Assembly: GCA_000004985.1 (NCBI GenBank)
Contig: GG738868.1
DNA length: 64,000 nt
Strand: one strand, 5' to 3'
From: Naegleria gruberi
Lineage: Eukaryota
Shown here: positions 26,854-39,236 of the stretch, one piece after another
Layout: every line of letters starts with the position of its first letter
Numbering within the stretch: the stretch's first letter is position 1
Made by a program: the position numbers and the translations under genes
Notes under the pieces: model-generated
What the model was told of the DNA's origin: nothing
The model's input: the letters and a program-made list of their open reading frames with translations, nothing else
Databases searched by the model: none

Positions 26854-28272
26854 ATGCTCTCGACTCCAGCCTCTCCAAACAAGCACGTTTCAAGACAGAA
26901 GAACACTACAAGAAATTGGAAATCAAAGAGTAATTCGGATTATACAGTTTCTCCAATTTATGCCCTTAGAGTGAGTGCTGTTATTGAGGACACGTTAGAA
27001 AAATTGCAATTATTAGATTTACTCTCGGGTGATATCAAGGAATTTATGGGAAGTGATGACCAAGAAAAGGAAGAAGATGAAGATGCTCTCGATCAAGAGA
27101 CAAATGCTGTAGCTAATATTTTGGAGGATCAAAAAGTATTGGGAAAGAGATATGAACAATTATCATTCTTTTTAAGAGCAAACAAACAAGATAATCACAT
27201 GTCTCAATCACTGGAGGAAATCAATAAGGTTAAAGATGAATTGGAAATGATTCAAAGAAAGTTAAAAGATAACACTAAAAAGTTGTGTAGAAATTTGAAA
27301 GAAACACCAAATGAATTGGAAAATTGGAAGAAAATTCAATCTGAAAGACATGAAATTCAAACAATATTCGTGACTCTTCTGAGAGAAATTCAAGCTGGAT
27401 TGATTCCTCCTCAAGCCAAATCAACTATTCCTAAAAATAGAGGTCTTAACTACTCTACTGTTGTTGAAGAAAATGACGAAGAAGAAAGTGAAACAGTCTC
27501 AGTACCACAAAGTATTATTCCTGATGTACCATATGAATCATTTATGAAGAAAGTTGCTGAAGAAAAAGAAAAGAAACAATATTTACAACACATCACAGAA
27601 ATTGAAAGTAAAACTTTAGAACAAGTCAATAAGCTAAAGATTGAAGTAATCAAAGAAAAAGAATTAAAGAAGACTGAAGTTGATGACAGAAGTACAAAGG
27701 TGAATACATTACTTAACAAGTTGAGAAAGTTGAAGAAGCTCACTGCAGATGAAGATTCAAAGACAAAGGCAACAGAGGAAGCTTCTCACGAATCGAGAAG
27801 AAGAAGAGAAGCAAGCACTCTCCACAAACTTGAATCAGAATCTCGATCTAAAAACATAGAGTTAGAAGTGGAGAAGAATGTGTTTTCTCAGATTAAAAAC
27901 TTTTTAGAAAAGAAAACAGATGAATTAAAAAGAAAGGGTGAATACTGGAGAGAGAAATATGAAAAGGAATCAGAAGAATTAAGATCCAAGATTATTCAAT
28001 GGGAAGCCATGAGAGAAGAACAAATAGAAAAGCTTAAAAGGCTCGAGGAAAAGTTTGAGTTAGAAACTCAAGATAAGCAAGTTCAAGAAGATGTAGATGC
28101 TACAACAAAGGCAAAAGAGAAGGATGATGCAGAAAAGAAGATTCAAATGTCTGCTGATGTTATCAAAATGGCTTTCAAGTGCTACAAAGCTAGAGAAGAT
28201 TTTGCTAATCGTAAAAAGAAAAAGAAGACAAGAAGCGCAAGTAACCCAAAGAGTGCAGGTTCTTCTAAGTAA
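26854..28272 (+). CDS. Coiled-coil protein, E/K-rich (unknown function)
   Basis: ORF of about 470 aa from ATG 26854 (MLSTPASPNKHV...). It has long heptad-like charged stretches (KLKIEVIKEKELKKTEVDD..., ELKRKGEYWREKYEKESEELRSKIIQWEAMREEQIEKLKRLEEKFELE). The C-terminus is basic. Confidence 0.5.
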   Translation: MLSTPASPNKHVSRQKNTTRNWKSKSNSDYTVSPIYALRVSAVIEDTLEKLQLLDLLSGDIKEFMGSDDQEKEEDEDALDQETNAVANILEDQKVLGKRYEQLSFFLRANKQDNHMSQSLEEINKVKDELEMIQRKLKDNTKKLCRNLKETPNELENWKKIQSERHEIQTIFVTLLREIQAGLIPPQAKSTIPKNRGLNYSTVVEENDEEESETVSVPQSIIPDVPYESFMKKVAEEKEKKQYLQHITEIESKTLEQVNKLKIEVIKEKELKKTEVDDRSTKVNTLLNKLRKLKKLTADEDSKTKATEEASHESRRRREASTLHKLESESRSKNIELEVEKNVFSQIKNFLEKKTDELKRKGEYWREKYEKESEELRSKIIQWEAMREEQIEKLKRLEEKFELETQDKQVQEDVDATTKAKEKDDAEKKIQMSADVIKMAFKCYKAREDFANRKKKKKTRSASNPKSAGSSK

Positions 28273-28290
28273 ATGTAAATAATATTTTAA

Positions 28291-29846
28291 TTAAAAATTC
28301 TTGTCAATTTGCAATGCTTTGTCTGTAGTTACAATAAAGGTGTCCTTATAATTAATTGAATTGAGTTTAGGGTCAATATCAATATTTTGCCAAACTGGAT
28401 CTGCTTTACCAGGAATAATAATACTAAGATCTACTCCCACAATCATTTCTGATTCAAATTGTTCTACAACCAAAGGAGAATCCAACCAATCAAATAAATT
28501 TTGAGATATAAAATATTTAGACAGTCCCTCCTTATAAATAGTTTCGAATAAATCCTCGCTAGAAAGAGTTGGAGTGATCACACCCAATGAAATTAATGAT
28601 CTCATTGTGTTATTGGAAATTAATTCTTGGATATGTGTTGGGTGAGATCCGTGAACCAAATTTGACTTGATTAATTTCAAGTTATCCTCTATTGTTGATA
28701 CAAGTCTTCCATCTAAAGTGAAATTATTTCCAACTACAAATGTCCTAGCAAGAGTTAATCTATTGTTAAAATAAGAGTAAGTCACTTCAATAGAGAATGT
28801 TTGTGAGTCTCCGCTGCCATATAAATGAGTTATTGGCTCTTCAACAAGCTTTGAAATCCAACTATTTCTTAATGGTGATGAAATGCAATTTTCAAGGCTT
28901 TGGTAGAATTGCTCCACAATAGTATTCTTAAGAGATTGTTGTAAACTTGTTGATTGAGAAAGATAGTTTTTAACTTTTTGAAAACTATTGGATATCAATT
29001 CTGAAGCATAGTAAAGAGAGTCTCTATCAAATGATCCTTTAATAGATCTGGATCCAGTAATTTTAGCCAAAATTGCTTCATTGTTTTCAATTGTTAAGTT
29101 AAGCGGATTGTAAGCAGTGTTCTTTCCAAGAATTACAAACTCAGAGGTAGCCAAATATTTCTCACAAATAGACTCATCAAAAATGTTTTCCACTGGAATT
29201 TGATCAAAGTATTTAGTATTATGTCCAGATCCAATAATGCAAATGAATGATTTGGAATTTGTCAAAAATAAGAGCACATCATCTTTGTAATATTCAGGGA
29301 TTGAAAAACCAGTCAAGTAACTATGATTCTCTTTGAATAATGCTTTACCAACAAGTATACATACCTTATCTCTGAAGGATATTCTGAATATGGCAAATAA
29401 ACAGCCTCCTTCTCCTTAATTCCAAAACTCATTTGAATTAATCTTCTTGATTCTTTATATTTTTCTATATCCATTGGATAAGTTTGATTAAAATTAATTG
29501 AACAATAACTAGTGTTATTATCTACAACATTGAAATATGTTTTAAAGTGAATATATAAAGAGAAGCCTAAAACCAAAGCTAATCCAATTAATAGAAATAC
29601 AGTAATCATAAATACACAAAATAATCTATTAAATTTCTTCTTTTGATGTAATTCATTCTTCTTGGCTTGAAACAATGGATCAGCTTGTACTTCCTGTTCT
29701 AAATCATCTCCAAAGTAACCATGGTTATTCTTTTTTTCTCCTAAAAACAATTCTTCATCATCATCCTCCTCCGTAATAAAAGCATGTTGTGGTTGATTAT
29801 GAAACTCGGCTTCATCATCAGAGAAAGTCACTCTGAATTGATTCAT
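28291..29846 (-). CDS. Type II single-pass membrane protein of unknown function; 2 exons (29846..29363, 29317..28291)
   Basis: Acidic N-terminal cytoplasmic tail (MNQFRVTFSDDEAEFHNQ...). The TM segment is FCVFMITVFLLIGLALVLGFSLYI, followed by a luminal domain of about 430 aa. Intron GTATGTATAC...CATAG joins ...YSEYPSEIR|S|YLTGFSIPEYY in frame. Confidence 0.5.
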
Positions 29847-30553
29847 TTTTTTATGATGGTTAAATTAGCATTTATGGCTTTTTAATTAGAAAGTAATTAG
29901 ATGTGATGAATAAGCAATACAATTAAAACGTTGATTGTTATTATTAGTATTCTATTAACGAAATTTGAAGATTTTAGAATCGGATGTTACAATCCAAAAG
30001 AACTTCCATATCTGAAATTAATATTTAAGATATTAATTTTAACAAAAACATTTATTTTGAATTTAAACAGAATGATTAAAATTCATTAGTTTTCATTTAT
30101 TTTTTAATTATTATTTATTTTTAAATAATCGTCTCTAAGGTCGTTATGATAGAAGAGACATTCATAAAATTACAATTTATTATTTTTTTAATAAGTATTT
30201 TATTTGAATAAGTTTTAATGCTGGCAATCTTATTTTTCATGTTATTGCGTTGACACTTATTCACCTTGACTTAAATATTTATCGAGGAAATAGTTCATTA
30301 CTTGTTGCTCATCTCGTTATCATTGTTTTAGATCAAAATGTCATCTCATCGGGTATTCAATATTGCCCCATCTCAGAAGATGATTATCCATAGTAATAAG
30401 GCTCAATTGTCGTAATTTTGAAATATCTTTGTTTTTGGTTTGAATTGAATAGGTTCATTGGTATTGTTGGACTCAACCTTGACAATCTCTAATTGGAGAA
30501 TTTTAGTTTGTCATCGTCTTAAAACGTCGGCCCAATGCTTGTTAATGCACAAG

Positions 30554-30564
30554 TTTGGCGCTTG
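30554..30564. promoter_or_regulatory. E2F-like element TTTGGCGCTTG upstream of COX5b
   Basis: About 75 bp upstream of ATG 30637. A related TTGGGCGGGC lies at 31566..31577, 45 bp upstream of the ATP synthase g ATG. Confidence 0.35.
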
Positions 30565-30636
30565 AAAAATTGTAACAGTCAACAACCCATTTTGGGCAAA
30601 AAATGAAGAACCAGCATAAAAAAAGCACAAATAAAA

Positions 30637-31329
30637 ATGTTGAGAAGAGTTATCAGCAAGTCCCTCACCTCATTCAAATATAACCAAAAGCCATACCACA
30701 CCGCTTTGGCTGTTTTGTCTGAAGACAAGGTCGCCAACAAACCATACGACAAGGAAGCTATCAAGGTTAGAATGAACCCAACTCCACAACCATCACAAGA
30801 AGACCCAGAACTTGAAAACTATTGGTTGAACTTGCCTACAGTCTTTGAAAGAGCTGTTGGTTCTGAACGTGCTGAATTGTTGGACCCTACTCTCTTCGAT
30901 GATCACCTTGTAAGTTTTTGAAAAAGACATCATCATGTTGTATTAACATTTTCCTTAAAATTTTTATTCAATTTTTATGATGACGATTTAATGATGATGA
31001 ATTTAAAATAGCCTGAAGTTGTTGATATTGAATCCGGTGTTGGATCATCCCTTTTCAACCCAATTATTGTTGCCTCTAGAGGTGAACCAGAACGTGTTGT
31101 TGGTTGTTTGGGTGAATGTTGGAAGGCTAACGATATTGACTACCATACTACTGATATGCAATTCTGGGTTATGAAGGAAAATACTTTCTCAGTTTGCGAC
31201 GAATGTGGTTTGATCTTCTACTGTGCTTCTGATGAAGTCATGGCTCAAATCGAAATTTGGGAAACTCTTGAAGAAGAAAAGGCTTCTCAACAAATTGAAC
31301 AATCTGTTGAATATCCACAATTGAATTAA
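30637..31329 (+). CDS. Cytochrome c oxidase subunit 5b (zinc-binding COX Vb), mitochondrial; 2 exons (30637..30909, 31012..31329)
   Basis: Presequence-like N-terminus MLRRVISKSLTSFKYNQKPY. The second exon carries the Vb zinc motif VVGCLGECWKANDIDYHTTDMQFWVMKENTFSVCDECGLIFYCA. The intron is GTAAGTTTTTG...AAAATAG. Confidence 0.8.
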
Positions 31330-31617
31330 ATCTAGCTTAAATTTTGTACCAGAAACAAGGGCATAAAAAAAAGCAAATTAAAGACGACAGGGTGTTTCTT
31401 TAGTTCTGAAAATTATTAATGTTTAATGTTCTTCCATTAATATCTTAAATATTTAAGTTTAAAATAAATTTTAGTTAAGATATTGCACTTTTAATCAAAG
31501 AGAAAGCCAAATTTTGAAGAGGCTGTTGTTCTTCCTCCAGCTTGTGTTCTCTGCAAGCATCAATAGGACTTGGGCGGGCAGAAAAGAATTTTGTAATGTG
31601 ATTAAATTTAAAAAAAA

Positions 31618-32043
31618 ATGGGTAAGAGAAGTATTTTGAAGCGTTTCTCTCGTATTGCCTCAAAGGTTGGAAAGGCCACCGAAAAGAAGGCTCTCGGCAT
31701 GGAAAGTTCTATGGCCACTTCTATCAATTCATTTGCTGGAGATAAATATGTTAGTGAATTAAATACTCTTGAATCTTTTGATGAAATTACTAGAGTCCAA
31801 AGAGAAGCTAGAGAAAGATATATTAAACTCACTGCTGCCGCTTTCCCACACAAAGTCACCCAATTCAAGAAGGAATTTTCTTACTTCAGAGAACTCCTCA
31901 GCAAGCCAGGTGAAATCACTGTTGGTGAATTGGCTGCTTTTGCTACTGCTCTCGTTGCCGGTTATATTTTGTATCGTGGAGGTGAAATCATTGGCCGTGC
32001 TGACATCTTCGGATATAAATATGAACATCTTGAACAAAAGTAA
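31618..32043 (+). CDS. Mitochondrial ATP synthase subunit g (ATP5L/ATP20-like)
   Basis: Single 141-aa ORF. The C-terminus EITVGELAAFATALVAGYILYRGGEIIGRADIFGYKY matches the conserved subunit-g TM/GxxxG segment (compare LTVKEAVLNGLVATEVLMWFYVGEIIGKRGIIGY). Confidence 0.72.
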   Translation: MGKRSILKRFSRIASKVGKATEKKALGMESSMATSINSFAGDKYVSELNTLESFDEITRVQREARERYIKLTAAAFPHKVTQFKKEFSYFRELLSKPGEITVGELAAFATALVAGYILYRGGEIIGRADIFGYKYEHLEQK

Positions 32044-32092
32044 ATATGATCAAATATTAGCAATATAGGGCGATTTATAAATTAAAAATTAA

Positions 32093-34204
32093 TTATTTAA
32101 ATTTCTTCATGTAAACATTCATCAATTTAGTTCGCATCTCATCACTGAATATATTTCCAACCAATCTAATCAGCTTTTTAGAAACATTTTCTGCAAAGTC
32201 CATATTCTTATCTCTGAGTGGTGATGTCATTAAAACATTGGTCATGACTGGAGAAACTGTATTGGCTCTGCTCTTGGTTGTAGACAATTCATTCTTTCTT
32301 GATAATCTTGTCAACTTTTCTACAATCTTTCTTTCTTTAATGCTCGCTAAATCAATGTAAATTATTTGAATATTATTGATTAATACTTACATTCTATTGG
32401 TGGAAGTTTGCTTAGTACATCTGATTCTGGATCAAACAGATACGACACTAGAGAAGACATTTTGTTACAAAAAATTGAAAAGTACTTGGTTTTTCCAAAT
32501 CCTTGATAACAGATTCTAAATGTACTCTCTGTTGTTACTCTTATACACAGCAATATTATTGGATGATTTGTTGTCAGTTTCATTCTGTTAGTTCTGTATT
32601 TTATCAAATCATCCATAAGTGTCGAATAAGCTCCTAACAGCCGTTTGTCCAAATCCTCTCTGATTGGTCCAGTTAATTTCCTCCAGAAATGTTCTTGAAA
32701 CTTACCTATCATGATTTTGATCTTTTGCAAATTCTTTTAAGAAAGCCCAGTAGCAGTATTCAATAAAAACTTTGATAAATGCTGTAAGCTTAATGTCTGT
32801 TAAATCTTTTGCTATCGAATGTTTTTGCTTGTCTGAAATCCAATTCCATTTATCAAATGGAAATTCTTCAAAGAATGAGTTTTGTAATTCTACAATTTCA
32901 AAGGATGATAAATGAGGCATCTTCTCCAACTCTCTTTCATCAAATGTATGGGGATCAATAATTGAATAAGATATATCCTCTTCTCTCTTACTAATCTTTG
33001 ACATTACGGATCTACTTCTTGGAGGAATGTTTGACTTTGAGATTCTATTCTCTTTCTTACTTGTTGCCCTCTTTAGAGTGGATTTTAAAGTTGAAGTTTG
33101 TGTTGTTTGTAAAGTACTGTTCTGATTATTTTGAATGTTAGTCGTGTTGACTGTTATATTTGTTACATTAGTATTTTCTGAGGTTGCGTTAGCTCTCCTC
33201 TCGATTCTGTTTTGCTTATATTTCTCCTTATCAACTTTTCTCAATTCATGTATAGAAATCTCTAGCTCTTTATCATCTCCATCCAACATGAATTTTTCTC
33301 TTATCAAATTGTAAGGATAAATATATTTTTTGTACTCATCAAATTTGGGAACTGCTAATTTTCCTTCATCAGTAACTACTCCAGTCTTTTTTGGGGTTGT
33401 TTCTGATTTTTCGTTATCAGCACTTTGTTCATCTTCCTCACTTTGTTCCAGTTCTTTTAATTTCTTTTTCCTTTTAATTCTTTCGAATAAAGGATCAAAA
33501 TTAAGTCTTTTCATTTCCTTTGACATTATTTCCATAACTCTGTATTCATAATCTGTTTTTGATGATGTAGCACCTCCAGTGGCTGTTATTGCAGATACTG
33601 GTTGATTTTTTGCTAATAATGGAGATGGAGAAAATGTCAAATATAATTCATTGTTTTGAGTTCTATGTTTGTGGGCTACACAATTAGAAATTGGTAAAAT
33701 ATTATGCACTATTTTCAAATTCCTTTGTGTAACTGAAATTCCTAATCGTTCCAAATATCTAGCAGCATATTCATCTCTAAAACATTTTTCTAAAGTTTCG
33801 GGAGATTGTTCCAAAAGAGTTGATTCTTTAAATCCCTTATTCATAGGAATACTTGCTACAGTTGAATCATCTAGTAATGTATCCACTTCTTTCCTTTGTC
33901 TTCCTCCCATTTGAGCAACTAGGGGAAGTTTGCTACTTCCTTGACTTGAGCTTCCTCTTGTACTCGATTCACTTGATGATGGTAGTACTTGTTTTACTTT
34001 CTTTATAATTTCATTATACATTTCTTGATTTAATTGATTATCGGGAGCTTCAATTTGATTGAGGACTGAAGGAACATTCTTGGTTTTATTAGGAGCCTTT
34101 CCTCTCGTTTCAATAATCCTATTTGCTAATGAGGTTAATTCGTTTACATTCATATCTACATCGTAGGATATCAGATCCAAGCCTTTAAACTCCTTCTTCT
34201 TCAT
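32093..34204 (-). CDS. Hypothetical protein (about 690 aa), S/T/N-rich, no recognised domain; at least 3 exons with a frame discontinuity at about 32702..32730
   Basis: Three minus-strand ORFs (32702..34204, 32380..32730, 32093..32314). The last two are joined by intron GTAAGTATT...GATTTAG, giving ...KLPPIE|S|IKERKIVEKLTRLSRK. The first two overlap in different frames with no room for an intron. Confidence 0.45.
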
Positions 34205-35506
34205 CTTTTAAGGTCTTGAATAAAATTTAGGCTTTTTTTAATGATGAAATAACACAGTACTACGATAAGGTGGCAGATTATCGTTACACATCTCTAGTCC
34301 TCAATCATCACACAGTTTCGATTCAAGTTATTGGAGTGATGATGATATTCATAGAGGCTCATCATTCTTTGCTTTTCCAAGATCTTAAATTAATGTTATT
34401 ATTATTAACTATTTGGTTTTTTATTAAGAAGATATTGGTGAGGGTAGTAAGCAAGGCAAATTAATAATACAGAGAAAAGGTGGTGGGATGAAAGCAAATG
34501 GGAATAAAAGCCTTTCCTCTTTGTATAATATTATGTTCGCTACGCAAATCGTTATTCAAAAAACAAAATTAATCCTATTTGTCCAAAATAATATTAATAT
34601 TATTCATCATTATTATTAATCCACAAAATCAATCCGTTCATTGTTAATTATATTAAAAGTATCCATCGTGGTCATCATCATTGTTTAATATTATAGAGTA
34701 CTACTAAAAACATACCTCTCTGGAAGCGGTAACATAGTGATAAATGACCAACAAGACCATGATCATAACACCCATGAAATTGGCAAACACTCCTAATTGT
34801 ACGTCTGATATCATTTACTATTGTACAGTAAAACACATAACAAATATTTGATCATCAATCATCAGCAAAAACCGGCAAAGACCATGAAGACATACCTCGA
34901 ATATTTTTTATTAATTTTATTGTTAAAAAAACTTTGCCAACAACAAACAACAATATTTGGAAACAAGATGATTTGTCAATATTATTAATCCAAACCTTCA
35001 CGAATCTTATGTAAAATACTTTGATGATTTAAATTTTAATATTATAGCTCAATACTGGGAAAGATTTGACCTTCATGTATCAATCCACAACTGTTGATAA
35101 CTTACAAATTGGAATTTCGCATTATTTACCCCCGTCTTCTGATCCAGTTTGTTAATCAATAATCCAGTTAATGAGAAAGAAAGAAATTATTTAAGGAACT
35201 CAAATAATGAAAACTCCAATTATTAAGTGAGCCATACCAATCAATTTTAATAAAGTGCTGAATTGTGTGTTGCTTTAAAAGGGTTAAAGTACTATTCTAG
35301 CTCTTCAAAAACTAGTTGTAAAGTATTACAACAACAGTGTCAGCTATCCTTTGGTTGCAACTCAATTATCTTGATGTTTCCTGCAGGGATTATCAGACAA
35401 TCTTTCTCATTTCCAAAAGAAAATGGCAGGAAATCATAAATGAATGATCAACATTTTTTATTCAATTTAAAAAAAAAAATAGACTTGGTGAAATCATCTT
35501 GTTGGA

Positions 35507-36409
35507 ATGGTTAATGTTTCGTCTCAATTAAAGCCTCTGATAATATCGAGTAAAGTGAATCCAATTATCAAGGAATGTATTAAGATTAGGACGAAATATT
35601 CTAAAAACTTTAAAAAATGTTTTACCTTTGATCAACCTCAAGTTTTTAAAGGAGAAGAAGGAATTCAATATAAATCTCTTCCAATGTTGATGAATGGATC
35701 AAAGATTATTAGAGAAGCTTCCGAAAAGTATAAAATTGAACCTAAATGGTTGTTTTATAGCTCGGAACAATCCGAAATTAAATTCAAATCTAATGATATT
35801 CAATATTATCAAACTAATGATAATTTAATTAATCATATTTGTGGAGATATTGTTAGTAATGATGGATATTGTGCAGTTTATGATAATTATAATCCTTTTA
35901 AATTATTTGAAAATAAGAAGAAGAGGAATGTTTATATTTATTGTTATAAAGTGAGTGATCCAAATAATTTAGGGTCAATTATTAGAATGAGTTTTGGATT
36001 TGATATTAAAGCAATTTTCTTGAGTGAAGATTGTGTTTCACCTTTTACTGAACGATCAATTAGATCAAGTAGAAATTATATTTTAAATATTCCAGTTTTT
36101 CATTTACCTTTGAAAGATTATAAAACAATTATTTATGATCAATTGAAATGTAAAAAATCATTAATTGCTGATGCTTCAACAGATAGGAAAACTCCAATTC
36201 AAAATTTGAATGATTCTAATGAAGGAGATGTATGTTTAATTATTGGAAATGAACATCATGGATTTTGTGATGATGATTTTAAATCAATTCTTTTACCACA
36301 ATTAGAAAATCAATATGAAGGTATTTACATTCCAATGAAGAATAATTTAGATTCCATTTCCGTTAGTCATGCAGCTTCTATATTAATGTTTGAATTAACA
36401 AAAAAGTAA
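35507..36409 (+). CDS. SpoU/TrmH-family RNA 2'-O-ribose methyltransferase
   Basis: SpoU motifs NLGSIIRMSFGFDIKAIFL, LIIGNEHHGFCDDDFK and SISVSHAASILMFEL. Confidence 0.75.
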   Translation: MVNVSSQLKPLIISSKVNPIIKECIKIRTKYSKNFKKCFTFDQPQVFKGEEGIQYKSLPMLMNGSKIIREASEKYKIEPKWLFYSSEQSEIKFKSNDIQYYQTNDNLINHICGDIVSNDGYCAVYDNYNPFKLFENKKKRNVYIYCYKVSDPNNLGSIIRMSFGFDIKAIFLSEDCVSPFTERSIRSSRNYILNIPVFHLPLKDYKTIIYDQLKCKKSLIADASTDRKTPIQNLNDSNEGDVCLIIGNEHHGFCDDDFKSILLPQLENQYEGIYIPMKNNLDSISVSHAASILMFELTKK

Positions 36410-36417
36410 TAAATAAT

Positions 36418-39052
36418 TTATTTCATTAATTGAGCATCAGCAGAGTACAATGACAAGTTATTAGTAGCACATTCAGTTAAATATTTACATGGTTTGAATG
36501 AGACAATTTCACCATTACTATCTTGATAGAATTTGGTTAATTGGTCATGAATATATTTAGCACCATATTCATCAGCCCACTTCATCAAACCTCCATAGAA
36601 ATGCATGAATCCCATTCCCATAACACTGGCAACATCAATGTCACTAACTCTGAAAACAAGTTTTTCTTCAATTACTCTACAAGCTTCATTAACAGCATTG
36701 AAAAGACAAGCTTCAGCAATTTCCTTATCAGAATAATTCAATTTGCTTGGATTACCAGCTAACTTTCTTGCTTGAGTTAATAAAACTTCCAAACCTTCAA
36801 GATCTGGGCTTCTCTTACCAGTTGAATCATACTTATAGAATCCTAGACTTGTCTTTTCTCCCAATCTCTTTGAATCAATCATGAGTTTCAAAAGAGGTGA
36901 TCCTCTGGCTCTATCCTTATAAGCTCCTCCAATTGATCCTGAAGCATAGTTCAATACATCAACACCAGCTGTTTAAATATTGTTGTAAACTCTATAAAGA
37001 ATTTAAATTAGTGAAAACTTACACATATCAGCCATATTGAAGAAACCAACACGCATAGCAGTTTGATTAATAGCCTTATCTAATTGATATGGATGAACAC
37101 CTCTTTCAATGAGATATTGAGCAGCAATACCATATCTGTCAATGATTCATATAATTATTATTAATATTAAAATATTAAGATATTCACATTTGAAAGAATG
37201 AAATTACTTACGGCCAGAAGATTCTATTAACAGCAAAACCAACAGCATTGAGAACAACAACTGGAGTCTTTTTAACTTGTTTGGCAAATGATAAAGAAGC
37301 ATTCAAAACATTTGAAGTATTATGTTCAGTTCTAATAATTTCCAAAAGTGGCATAACGTGAGCTGGAGTGAAATAGTGAAGACCAATAACACGTTCTCTA
37401 TTCTTCTTATTTGTCATCTTATCTGAAATTCTATTCAAATCAATAGTACTGGTATTAGTAGCTAAAATACAATTTGGTGAACAGTGCTTTTCCAAATCAG
37501 CAAAGATATTTTGTTTCAATTCAACAATTTCCAAAACAGCTTCAATAACCATATCTAACTTGTCAAAGTTTTCAAAAGTAGTTTGAGCTTTGAGTTGTGA
37601 CATGATCTTATCAAATTGTTCCTTTGTCATTCTCTTTCTATCAACTTTGGATTGGAAAACTTTACGAATACGATCTAAACCAGCTTGAGCAGCACCATCA
37701 TTGATTTCCTTAAGAATAACTTGAATACCATTCTCTAAGGCATTTACAACAATGTTAGCACCCATAGTACCTCCACCAATGACACCCAAATATTTAATCT
37801 TTTGAGGTGATGAAGGAGAAGAAGATGAGGATGTTAAATATTTTGGTAATTTTGTGGTGGCCTTAGTAGCAAGGAAATAGTGAACCATTCCACGTGAAAC
37901 AGGTTGATTGGCAATCTTTAAGAATTCTCTACCTTCACAATCTAATCCATAATATCCATTACTGATGAATGAAACACTTTCACGTACAACTCTAATCAAT
38001 GCTCTCAAATGTGGAAGTTTTTGTTGAATTGGATCTAATTTGCTTTCAATTTGATTGACAATTTCAACAGAATTACCTTCTTCAAGTAAAACTTTTGAAT
38101 ATAAAAGTGATTTCTTAATACTTCTCTTTCCATTAATCATTTCTAAAACGAGTTCAATGGCAGAATTTAACAATTTTGATGAATCCTTTTCTAATTTATC
38201 AACAAGACCTAATTCAAATGCTTGTTTTCCTTTGATTGGTTGAGCAGATAACATCATTTCAATTGATTTCTTTGTACCAATCAATCTTGGTAATCTATTA
38301 CAACCTCCAAATCCAGGAATAATACCAAGATTAGTTTCAGGTAATCCTAAAACTGAACTTTCAGTACAAACTCTTCCATTACAACTCATAGCTAATTCTA
38401 AACCACCACCCAAAGCAACTCCATCAATACAAGCAATAGTTGGCTTGTTTTTAGGAGAATTTTCAATTAAATTCATTAATCCATTACCATTTTGAAGGAA
38501 TTGAACTTGTGCATCACTTGTTTGAACATTTTTACCTTGTCCTGAAGCAATTTCTAATTTAATCAATGAATTATCATTCAAAAAAATTATTAAAATCATT
38601 TGAATGGTTATTTGTATAAATTCAAATAATTCAAATTAAAATGAATAAATAATTAAATGAATTAAAATCCATTAATTAACAATATAAAACATACCAGTAA
38701 TATCAGCTCCTGCAACAAAGAAACCCTTCAATTTAGAAGCAATAACAATACCCTTGACTGAATCATCATTGTTAGCCTTTTCAATATTTGTTTGAATAGC
38801 CTTGATAAATCCTGCAGAAAGTGCATTAACAGGACCATCATTCAAATATAATACAACAATTGGATATTGATTAAGTTTTTGATAAATGACACGATCAACA
38901 GAGGCACTACTGGTGGTGGCTGAAGTAAAATTCATCATCATGACAGATCCATCAGTACTACTACTACTACTATTTAATGAAGCGTTATTATCATTATTAT
39001 TGGATGGATATAAGTGATTATAAATTTGTTCAAGACGATGATGTACAACCAT
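36418..39052 (-). CDS. Peroxisomal fatty-acid beta-oxidation multifunctional enzyme type 1 (enoyl-CoA hydratase / 3-hydroxyacyl-CoA dehydrogenase, FadB/EHHADH-like) with N-terminal PTS2; 4 exons
   Basis: Exon 1 (39052..38673) reads MVVHHRLEQIYNHLYPS...VAGADITG with crotonase fold. Exon 2 (38599..37211) carries the hydratase active-site region ACIDGVALGGGLELAMSC, the NAD Rossmann motif GVIGGGTMGANIV and NTSTIDLN. Exon 3 is a short exon of about 37025..37140 (YGIAAQYLIERGVHPYQLD...). Exon 4 runs to the stop at 36418. Introns are GTATGT/GTAAGT...AG. Confidence 0.85.
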
Positions 39053-39236
39053 TTTTTTCTTATGTTTTTTGATCCGATTAACCAAATAGCTCGGAGATGA
39101 TGATGGAAGGAAGGAATAAAAACTTTATCGCTATTTGCAATTCTCCTGATTATTCCGACCTCATGTTTACAAAAATGATTCTTTTTTTATTGACCCACCA
39201 ATAAGAATTTATTGAATTCAAACTTTGTGTGATAAA

